Source: a virus. From it: DNA of 64,000 nucleotides. Shown piece by piece: positions 37,801 to 44,778 of this stretch (the stretch's first letter is position 1; every line of letters begins with the position of its first letter). The position numbers and the translations under genes are program-made. The notes below the pieces were generated by a model. The model was given only the letters and a program-made list of their open reading frames with translations. It did not search any database and was not told where the DNA came from. The stretch covers positions 1-64,000 of the IMG/VR virus record IMGVR_UViG_3300016667_000333, one strand, 5' to 3'.

Positions 37801-39617
37801 CTGCTGCTAAAAAGATATCGCTTAAAGAAAACTATCTGTCAAAAATAGAAGGTGCTTTAGTTCCTGTTCAAGCCGACGTGGCAACAAGTGTAGCTGGAGG
37901 TAAAGGATTTGTTCCAATAAAAGGTGCTGCTAAAAAATTAAAAGAAGCCGAATATAAAAAATCCAGAGAACTTCCACCATCAAAAATTAAATCGAAGGCT
38001 CAGATATTCGGCGAGACAGGAGCTGCGAGGATGGAGAATGCTGAAAAGACACTCAACAACCTACAGGTGGCAAGGGACATGGAGGCCAAGTTTGAGAAAG
38101 AGGAGCGCACAATGACGTTCGTCGGCCCATCAAAGGCTACTGAAAACGCTCAGAAGATTAGGCTGGCCACTGGATGGGAGAGGGGTGCAGACGGTATGTG
38201 GAGATTGGAGATCCCAGACGGTCAGCTCAAGCCGATTGACCTTGACAACATGCTCAAGTATAACGATGAGATACCCTTTGCGTACCTTGACGAGATATAT
38301 GACTCCAAAGAGCTTTATGATGCATACCCGCTATCAAGGGATATACAAGTGATGTTTGTTGAGTCTGATGATTTCCGAGGATCTTACAACCACCAAGAAA
38401 AACGGATACAGCTTTCTATCAACCATTTTGACGAGCCGATAGACATGTTGTCTACCCTGCTGCATGAGGTTCAGCACTACATACAGTACGTAGAGGGTTT
38501 TGCCACAGGCGCAAACACGTCAACAATTGTAGACCAAATCAAGTTTGATTTATATCTAATAGATAAGCAGATAAAGGCGGTTAGGGAAAAAAGGGAAGAG
38601 CCTGGTGCGGATATTAGTGAGCTGCAAAAGGAACAGGAAACCCTTGAGTTTAAAAGCAGAAAGCTCAACCAGCAGGTGTCGAACCTCCTCAAGGATGCGC
38701 AAACCAAGATGAACGTCGAACTCAAAGGGCCTGATGAACAAAAGGCCTTTGTAGACATGGCACTAAAGGACAGTGATATAAGGAGGAGCCTGTACAAGAG
38801 GGCGGCTGGAGAGGTAGAGGCTAGGAACGTACAAAAGCGTATGGGCCTTAGTGAAGAGGAGCGCATGAATAAACTCCTGTCTTCAACAGAAGATGTCCTC
38901 AGAGGTGACCAATTGGTTTTGGGGGCCGCATTAAAAGGAGAGACACCAACGCTCAAGACTAAGGCTCAGATTGTTACGGTTGAACCTATTGATTTTGAAA
39001 ACGAATCAGAAAACATTGACGTATACGAGGCGTTTGAACAAGCAAGTAAAATAGCAAAAGATAATGGCGTAAACATTTTAAGGGGCAAGGAATTAAAAAG
39101 CGTTGCTTTAGATGATAACGGTAATGTTGTAGGTGGTTTATGGACTGAGATTAGTGGGGATGAGTTTTCATTTGATGTAGCGGTTGATAAATCAATGCAG
39201 GGCAAGGGCGTAGGTGAAAAACTAGTTAATGAAGCCATTTCGGAATTTAACGCTCAGAATTTTGAAGATCAATTAAAGTACAAGGTGGACGTCACTAATC
39301 CTGTAATGGAAAAGTTGTTGTCAAAGTATGGTTTTGAGGTTACAGAAAGGATTGACGGTCACACGATGATGGAACATCCTACCAACAATCCTAAACTAAT
39401 TCTCAAGACCAAGGCCCAGATGGTCGACAACAACGCCAAGCAGGTAGCCGACCTTTACGCCGAGATGCGTGAGGGTGGCGGATGGGCTGAGCGCCAAAAA
39501 ATAAACGCTATTTTGGACCAAGACCCCAAACTATCGTACATTTACAACAACTTTAAGGCTATCACTCAGATGCTTGAGGATGCCAAACTTTTAACGAAAT
39601 CCGGTAACTGTCCATGA
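34827..39617 (+). CDS. Polyvalent protein: two zincin (HExxH) modules, unknown central module, GNAT acetyltransferase module
   Basis: 1596 aa. First zincin motif VVHEVTHAVL at aa 461-465 (36207..36221). Second zincin motif LLHEVQHYIQYVEG at aa 1213-1217 (38463..38477), with downstream AGEVEARNVQKR. GNAT acetyl-CoA motif MQGKGVGEKL at aa 1457-1466 (39195..39224). The motif [IL]K[TS]KA[QA][IM] is repeated four times. Confidence 0.65.
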   Translation: MAKGCVYIPKTGKDAGKVFGSKETLAAHMNYTPAMADVMAKYQQTGGAMDVGSVTKWLTDNGYLKTEGKAAKAGKPQTGKTSENDGQRLSSFKKGDVVYRNYNGRYEEYTIADTSKDVWKLVSPDGRESTWNAANNGGFILKETKAETKPTTAAKETTLVDKWEKAGLEILNKYGVERFTDWLSNQPLLSEDGFYGIRDIANKYGIKFPQTKREFDAEVKKNGGIDNYMGSMADTFMSKMKQAPVEKKPTVKKEFPKAPVTDAVKAALKSVDNTTAAIMNLAKVLPTVYESITKQVKITLGKPVSQQVAEAYHNAVENGVEPELVAAVENAVALQEQMKSKPSLADNIETAETLEVAGVPNGVRVSNKSSLADLERKHAGNATKKATIAMARAAAKTLKSVFPMMDIHLHENTADYNNAMANLGAQQNSAGNFTYSTSSDGTVVGRIDINLNRATPRTVVHEVTHAVLLKTFGDSSPAFLEFRNNLEKIISKSGNKRLSDFADKYKDIADDIGQAEEYLAELGGILSDKETPLDYGLVRRIAEMINKVVSTITFGRLKPFEDLQNQKDTLEFFNTIAQSIKAGTSLENLMVAEPYSSSIAFEVDPDGTFTKSKIKTKAAIGDYIIPKGKKDLAIATVPTKSLAEVIKEYNGRVVIITSDATGYGVDSKGREIYGGPGFANNKKNVDDKIGFASLNVGTVKSVYTSADKAYGKGKTLVLIMVQPPHTTINNSYGTQYFMESLIDISKNANWNEIKADIERLLKESKGIRNKYPEKTRASDVDRLVKFFKKITPNSNPDALTKEYLDITGFQSRSAIAKTFILDQPNTRINVKSAKTKKAFLDNGVTIYDFLKEYGDDTILTDEMMRNNEGGYVVAGFEIDVTSKAEREALVEEIQGKGIEHPLFNAKLPGTNHFVLDGLYDVNENFAQYAKPNMEITLPDEELNQIVREQYPSVDDYKAEVRKEADKINKDKTLSEEEKQKAIEALKIYKSLPAAKKISLKENYLSKIEGALVPVQADVATSVAGGKGFVPIKGAAKKLKEAEYKKSRELPPSKIKSKAQIFGETGAARMENAEKTLNNLQVARDMEAKFEKEERTMTFVGPSKATENAQKIRLATGWERGADGMWRLEIPDGQLKPIDLDNMLKYNDEIPFAYLDEIYDSKELYDAYPLSRDIQVMFVESDDFRGSYNHQEKRIQLSINHFDEPIDMLSTLLHEVQHYIQYVEGFATGANTSTIVDQIKFDLYLIDKQIKAVREKREEPGADISELQKEQETLEFKSRKLNQQVSNLLKDAQTKMNVELKGPDEQKAFVDMALKDSDIRRSLYKRAAGEVEARNVQKRMGLSEEERMNKLLSSTEDVLRGDQLVLGAALKGETPTLKTKAQIVTVEPIDFENESENIDVYEAFEQASKIAKDNGVNILRGKELKSVALDDNGNVVGGLWTEISGDEFSFDVAVDKSMQGKGVGEKLVNEAISEFNAQNFEDQLKYKVDVTNPVMEKLLSKYGFEVTERIDGHTMMEHPTNNPKLILKTKAQMVDNNAKQVADLYAEMREGGGWAERQKINAILDQDPKLSYIYNNFKAITQMLEDAKLLTKSGNCP

Positions 39618-40105
39618 CACCAAACAAGTTAGATAAAGACGTAGTAGACCTACTGTTGCCTCGCCTCAAGGACGAGTACAACGCATTTTATTTTTACCGC
39701 GCAGCCAGCAACTGGTGCCAGGGCGTGGGTTACTTCAAGGCCGCAGAGTTCTTCGCAAAGGAGTCCGAGGATGAACTCGGTCACGCAAAGAAGATCGAGC
39801 AGTACCTCGTGGACTGGAACGTAGACCCAGAACTTCCCACCGTGGAGCGTCCACAGATTGTCTTCTCTGGCCTTATGGAGGTCATTGAGAACGCCTACAC
39901 GATTGAGTACGCGCTGTACGAAGACTACGAGGGAACCTCAAAGGAGATGTTCAAAAAAGACCTGTGCGTGTTTGACTTCCTACAGGAGTTCCGCATGCTA
40001 CAGAAGCAGTCAGTCGCCGAGTATAGCGACAAGCTCAACATGCTCGAGGGCGTGGACGGCAAGGACAAGTTCAAGTTACTTTTGCTAGAGAAAAAGTTAT
40101 TCTAA
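39614..40105 (+). CDS. Ferritin-like protein
   Basis: 163 aa. It aligns by eye with E. coli FtnA: KDEYNAF (E17 equivalent), ESEDELGHAKK (ExxH, E50/H53), TIEYALY (E94) and FLQEFRMLQKQSVAE (Q127 kept, E126/E129/E130 not clearly kept). It overlaps the polyvalent gene by ATGA. Confidence 0.75.
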   Translation: MTPNKLDKDVVDLLLPRLKDEYNAFYFYRAASNWCQGVGYFKAAEFFAKESEDELGHAKKIEQYLVDWNVDPELPTVERPQIVFSGLMEVIENAYTIEYALYEDYEGTSKEMFKKDLCVFDFLQEFRMLQKQSVAEYSDKLNMLEGVDGKDKFKLLLLEKKLF

Positions 40106-40109
40106 TTGA

Positions 40110-43100
40110 ATGGCAAAAAATCCCTGTAAGATATTCTTTAAGGACAAGCCAGGCGGCACCGCCACTGAGTATACCTATGACGAGTTCATGACGATGCTCA
40201 AGGACGAAGGCAAGCTCATGGACTTTATAAACCAGGGCCTACTGGACGAGGGGCGTATGCGCGGTGAGAACCCGTTCATCGCGGCCGAGCCACAGCCGGT
40301 AAGGCGTGTGGACCTCAAGACAATGGTCGGCAAGGGAAAGGCGCTCAAGACGTTGCTTGCCCGTGGGTTTATGGGCACAGACAGCGAGAGGCTGGCTACA
40401 GCTCTTCGTGAGACCGGGCTTGACAGGGACATTCAGAAGTTGACAGATGCCCGCGCCAGGGCGGAGCAGTTTGTGGAGAAGGTTGGCTTTGAGGCCGCCT
40501 ACCAGGCCGTTTCAGACCGGGCGATGAACGACGGTGTTGCCGCATACGTGTACGCAAACCTTATCGACAGGCTTGAGATGGCCCGCATGACCTCGCAGGA
40601 TGACAGCGGCATGAGCCCCGAAGAGTTTGTGGAGGCCCAGAACGAGCTGTACGAATTGCAGGCTAAGATGATGAACGAGTTCTCTGGCGTCGCAACCAGC
40701 TACGGCCAGTTCATAAACGCGCTCAGAGACATCTACCGCAACTCGCTGTTTAACTACAGTGTTGATAATCAGATAAATGAGTACAAGAAGGCGAACTTTG
40801 GCTACATCCCGAAGGAGGTAGAGGAGAAGTATCGCAGGCTCGACGAGGAGATTAAGGCGCTGAACGAGCGGATCACCGAGATGGAGAAGCGCACCAAGGA
40901 GGCAGAAGACGCAAGGAACCTGGCCGAGATAGAGCGTGCAGTTGCAGAGGACAAGATAGCAAACATTGACCTCAAGGACAGCACAAACGACGCTGCCGCA
41001 GAGGTGTTGAAGTTTAAGGCCAAGTCCGTGTCGTTCAAGGACGCAAGCGGCAAGCCGATAAACGTGCCCAAGCAGTCTTGGGAGAAGATAGTAGAGGCCG
41101 CAGCTAACGCGGTAAGGAACCTAAAGACCAAGCCGTCGCTTATCAGCAAGGCAAGCCTGTCCGGCTCCGCTTCTAACACGGCATTAAACGCGGCACTGGC
41201 CGCTGTACGTAACGAGCCATGGTTCCAGGCGCTAAGCAGCGCGGACAAGAGGGCTGTAGAGGACCAGATACGCGCACAGTTCCAGAGCACAACCCCCGGA
41301 AAAATATCGATACCGTCAAGCCTTATTCGCGAGATAGTAGAGAGCGGCGTGTTCAGCATGGATGACCTTGTGCGCAGGGTGAAGGAGGAGGTTGCTAAGA
41401 AGTACCCAAACGCTACAGACCGCCAGATACGTGACGCTATTAGCGGATACGGTCGTGAGCGTTCCATGACCCAGTCCGATATACAGAAGGAGATTGCAAG
41501 GCTTCGCAACATAGCCCGCATGGTGTCAAGGCTTGAGGACATCCAGGCCGGGAAGATTAAGGCCAAGACTCCGCAGGAGAGGTTTAGACTGACCGAGAAA
41601 GAGGCCCAGCTGAAGATGGACATACAGGACGCATACGAGGCGGCCGGCATTGGCGACGCACAGCGTCTGATCAACGCCAAGGAGAACGCCAAGAAGCGTA
41701 TCGCAGAACTAGAACGCAGGCTTGACGAGAAGGACTTTAGCAAGCAGGAGCGCAAGAAGGTTAAGGAGGACGAAGAGTTGGCTCAGCTACGTGCCGAGCG
41801 ACAGACCCTACAGAACCAGTTTGACAAAGAGCTCGACAAGATTAAGAAGCAGAACAGCCCTACCAAGTTTTGGGACGGCCTTGGAGGCTTCTGGGAGATA
41901 GCCCGTCTGTTACAGGCCACCTTTGACTTGTCTATGGTGCTCGTGCAGGGATTGAAGTTGACCGTTTCTCACCCGGTGTATTCAGCCAGGGCTTTTTATA
42001 AAACATTCCAGCACTTTACAAGCGAGAGTAAGGCGCGTAAGTGGGGGGAGTATATCAAGGCCCAAGATTATTACGAAGAGATGATGAAGGCGGGCTTGTC
42101 TTTGTCTGAGTATGACGCGTCGCTTTCTGAAAAAGAGGAAGGGTTCTTAGGTGGAGTGGGTAACATAATGTGGGACTACCTCGTGTTGCCCTTCAAGATG
42201 TTTGGCGACAAGGGCTACACCCGGGCCGCCCAGGCAAACCCGTTCAAGGCTTTTGAACGTGCGGGTATTGCATACCTAAACACCATGCGTGTGCTTCGAT
42301 ACCTGGACGGGAAGACCATGCTTGAGAGTAAGAAGCGCGGGATGTCGTTTGAAACCGATCCAGACTCTTACAAGGCCGTTGCCAACATGGTGAACAGCTT
42401 CACGGGCCGTTCGTCACTTGGCCCACTGGAAAAGAATGCCGGGCTGCTTTCAAAGATATTTTACTCGCCAAAGAACTGGGCGTCTCAGTTAAAGACGTCA
42501 ACCATCGGCTTCCCTATATTTCTTTTGACGTTAAAGGACAAGGGCACATGGGAGCCTTCTGTAGCACAGAAGATGGCTGTACGCGACTGGATTGTGTGGT
42601 TTGCAGTCACAGCAGGAATTGTAAGGATGATTGCGGAAAAGGCCAACGAGGACGACGAGGACGAGATCGAGGTTGACATGAACCCGCTCAGCTCCAGGTT
42701 TGGAAAGATCCGCATAGGCAACGTGTACGTAGACCCGTGGGGCGGATTTATCCAGCACATCGTTTTACAGGCCCGTCTTTACAATGAGGCCATGGTGCGT
42801 GGTGGAGAAGAGAAAAAGCTAGGAGATTATAACACTCCTACACGCGGCGGGTTGATTGCAGAGTTTGCTAAAAACAAGCTGCACCCGACCGCTAGTCTTA
42901 TGGTTGGATACCTTACCACGCATGAGGAGGATGGCAAGCGCGTAGACGCGTATGGTAACGACTTTATCTGGAGGGACGAGATACAGGAGCGTGTTGTTCC
43001 TATGATCGGTAGTACTCTTGTTGAAATATTCAAAGAGGAGCCCAACCTCAAGGGGGCGTTCCTTGGCGCATATGCGTTCCTTGGTGCCGGTGTTAACGTG

Positions 43101-43616
43101 TACAAGAACGAGAAGGTGGCTCCTAAGTTCGACAGCCCAGAGACTGCGGGCATGATGAAGGAGTTCAAGCCTAAGGGCTTACCAGACATCAAGAAGGACA
43201 CGTTCGCGGTACCGCTCTCAGACGAGGAGTTGATACAGCTGAACGTAAACTACCGCAAGAAGGCCACGGCACTGCTCGACATGTATTCGGCCACCAAGCC
43301 AGCAGAGGACGAGTATATGCAGACAGACAAGTTCAAGAGGCTCACCGACAATCAGTTAGAAGAGGCTCGGGCAGAGGCCGTCAAGAAGGGTGTACCGGAA
43401 GCAGAGCTCGACAAGGAGTCTGAACGCATTGCACTTGAGAAGAAAAAGAAGGAAAGAATATCTGATAACATAAGCGAGCTGACCACATTGGCTAAGAACG
43501 CTGCTGCTTACGAGTACTTCAAGGCACTCGGGAAGCGCATCCCGCCTACGATTGAAGAATCGGTCAAGGAATACGAAAAAAAGATGGCCGATTTACAAAA
43601 AGAATTGAACCAATAA
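40110..43616 (+). CDS. Giant coiled-coil / membrane-segment protein, ejection-protein candidate
   Basis: 1168 aa; long K/E-rich coiled coils; hydrophobic segments (FWEIARLLQATFDLSMVLVQGL, WIVWFAVTAGIVRMIA, AFLGAYAFLGAGV). Confidence 0.45.
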   Translation: MAKNPCKIFFKDKPGGTATEYTYDEFMTMLKDEGKLMDFINQGLLDEGRMRGENPFIAAEPQPVRRVDLKTMVGKGKALKTLLARGFMGTDSERLATALRETGLDRDIQKLTDARARAEQFVEKVGFEAAYQAVSDRAMNDGVAAYVYANLIDRLEMARMTSQDDSGMSPEEFVEAQNELYELQAKMMNEFSGVATSYGQFINALRDIYRNSLFNYSVDNQINEYKKANFGYIPKEVEEKYRRLDEEIKALNERITEMEKRTKEAEDARNLAEIERAVAEDKIANIDLKDSTNDAAAEVLKFKAKSVSFKDASGKPINVPKQSWEKIVEAAANAVRNLKTKPSLISKASLSGSASNTALNAALAAVRNEPWFQALSSADKRAVEDQIRAQFQSTTPGKISIPSSLIREIVESGVFSMDDLVRRVKEEVAKKYPNATDRQIRDAISGYGRERSMTQSDIQKEIARLRNIARMVSRLEDIQAGKIKAKTPQERFRLTEKEAQLKMDIQDAYEAAGIGDAQRLINAKENAKKRIAELERRLDEKDFSKQERKKVKEDEELAQLRAERQTLQNQFDKELDKIKKQNSPTKFWDGLGGFWEIARLLQATFDLSMVLVQGLKLTVSHPVYSARAFYKTFQHFTSESKARKWGEYIKAQDYYEEMMKAGLSLSEYDASLSEKEEGFLGGVGNIMWDYLVLPFKMFGDKGYTRAAQANPFKAFERAGIAYLNTMRVLRYLDGKTMLESKKRGMSFETDPDSYKAVANMVNSFTGRSSLGPLEKNAGLLSKIFYSPKNWASQLKTSTIGFPIFLLTLKDKGTWEPSVAQKMAVRDWIVWFAVTAGIVRMIAEKANEDDEDEIEVDMNPLSSRFGKIRIGNVYVDPWGGFIQHIVLQARLYNEAMVRGGEEKKLGDYNTPTRGGLIAEFAKNKLHPTASLMVGYLTTHEEDGKRVDAYGNDFIWRDEIQERVVPMIGSTLVEIFKEEPNLKGAFLGAYAFLGAGVNVYKNEKVAPKFDSPETAGMMKEFKPKGLPDIKKDTFAVPLSDEELIQLNVNYRKKATALLDMYSATKPAEDEYMQTDKFKRLTDNQLEEARAEAVKKGVPEAELDKESERIALEKKKKERISDNISELTTLAKNAAAYEYFKALGKRIPPTIEESVKEYEKKMADLQKELNQ

Positions 43617-43618
43617 AC

Positions 43619-43626
43619 TATATTTG
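43619..43626 (+). promoter_or_regulatory. Candidate -7 promoter box (TATATTTG)
   Basis: Fits TAnnTTTG, 8 nt upstream of ATG 43635. Confidence 0.4.
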
Positions 43627-43634
43627 TGAGCGCT

Positions 43635-43844
43635 ATGCAGCATGATATTAATCATTCAGAGATGACAGGACAGGGATACGTAGATGGGTTGGCGTCGATT
43701 TTGTTAACGACTTTCGCGGCCGTAGTTTCATGGCAAGAACAAGCCGAATGGCTGTTCCGAATCTCGTCCCTAATGCTTGCTAGTACTGTGTCTATTGTAG
43801 TCCTCTATGGCCACTATAAGAAGGCCAAGAAAAAGAAAGTCTAG
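43635..43844 (+). CDS. Small two-TM protein (holin-like or membrane anchor)
   Basis: 69 aa from ATG 43635 (GTG 43626 lies in the promoter box); TMs LASILLTTFAAVVSW and ISSLMLASTVSIVVLYG; basic tail KKAKKKKV. Confidence 0.45.
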   Translation: MQHDINHSEMTGQGYVDGLASILLTTFAAVVSWQEQAEWLFRISSLMLASTVSIVVLYGHYKKAKKKKV

Positions 43845-43885
43845 TCCTTACGACATCTTCCCGATTGTACCTTCTATAAAACACA

Positions 43886-43909
43886 GAGGGCGGTGATCAG
43901 CCCGCCCTC
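43886..43909. other. GC-rich hairpin after the small TM gene
   Basis: 8-bp stem GAGGGCGG/CCGCCCTC with 8-nt loop; no U-run on the plus strand. Confidence 0.4.
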
Positions 43910-43980
43910 AAAGTTCTCGTCTCCCGACTGCACGTTTGTGCGCGAACTTGCGATGCAAATATATGACAAATATTAATTAA

Positions 43981-44016
43981 TGCAAAATAATTTTGCAATA
44001 TGCAGGTCTTGCATAT
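43981..44016. promoter_or_regulatory. Adjacent AT-rich palindromes, operator-like
   Basis: TGCAAAAT-a-ATTTTGCA (43981..43997), immediately followed by ATATGCA-ggtct-TGCATAT (43998..44016); a further ATGCAAATAT half-site lies near 43953. Confidence 0.45.
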
Positions 44017-44071
44017 AACTTCGGCGCCTGGTTTAGTGGTTTAATTTATAGTTTAGTGTGTTATTGTTTAC

Positions 44072-44102
44072 AACCCCAGGCAGCGGCTTGGGGTTTGTTT
44101 TG
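44072..44102 (+). terminator. Intrinsic terminator
   Basis: Stem AACCCCA/TGGGGTT with 10-nt loop followed by TGTTTTG. Confidence 0.55.
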
Positions 44103-44110
44103 TATATTTG
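44103..44110 (+). promoter_or_regulatory. Candidate -7 promoter box (TATATTTG) for the fibre cassette
   Basis: Directly after the terminator, 17 nt upstream of ATG 44128. Confidence 0.45.
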
Positions 44111-44127
44111 TGGGCTAACGAAATGAC

Positions 44128-44778
44128 ATGATAGAATTGATGATCGCGGACCCTACCCCGCACGAATTAGGAGAATATAGAGAACTAATTAAGGAGCTAA
44201 AAGACAAGTTCCCCGATGCGTATGTGAGCGTTGACAGAGGTCATGGCGACTACGCCCTAAGCACCGTATCAATTTGGATAGACGATGAACGCAAGACTGA
44301 CTGGCACTCCGCCATCTACCCCTCAGTTCCCAACCGGGGAACCGCGCAAATCAAGGCGGACCTTCTCGCCCTTACCTTCGCTATGCGCGAACTTGGGTTT
44401 GATATTAGGTTTTTGGACAGCGATCCGCCGGTTCGTGAGAAGGTTTCAATAACCCGTGGTAGACTTGATGGCTGTGTTTCCCTACGCCAACTGGTTGAAC
44501 TGCTCGAAGATGCCAACCACGAGAAGCTGGCAGACGTAAAGGTGATGATAGAGAACAAGCGCAAGGAGGGCGGTCGTCCAAGCAAGAAGTCGGTCATTGA
44601 TTTGATATTCTCTGGAGCGCGTGAAGAGAAGTCAAGGCAGCCTGTACGGACAGGTCCAGAGTGGGCGCGTGTCAAGATGGAATGGCGTGAGAAGTTCCCT
44701 TCTTCTAAGTATGCGAAAATGTACAAAAGTCTCGACGAATTTTGTACCTTCGCGACAGAAGAAGAGTGTAAACAATGA
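44128..44778 (+). CDS. Hypothetical protein, first gene of the fibre cassette
   Basis: 216-aa ORF, ATGA-coupled to the fibre gene; no motif recognised. Confidence 0.5.
   Translation: MIELMIADPTPHELGEYRELIKELKDKFPDAYVSVDRGHGDYALSTVSIWIDDERKTDWHSAIYPSVPNRGTAQIKADLLALTFAMRELGFDIRFLDSDPPVREKVSITRGRLDGCVSLRQLVELLEDANHEKLADVKVMIENKRKEGGRPSKKSVIDLIFSGAREEKSRQPVRTGPEWARVKMEWREKFPSSKYAKMYKSLDEFCTFATEEECKQ

Noticed and set aside
40802-41755. 317-aa minus-strand ORF
   Set aside because: It lies entirely antisense to the 1168-aa gene. Its S/A/L/R-rich low-complexity translation is typical of a shadow ORF of a GC-rich, K/E-rich coding strand.
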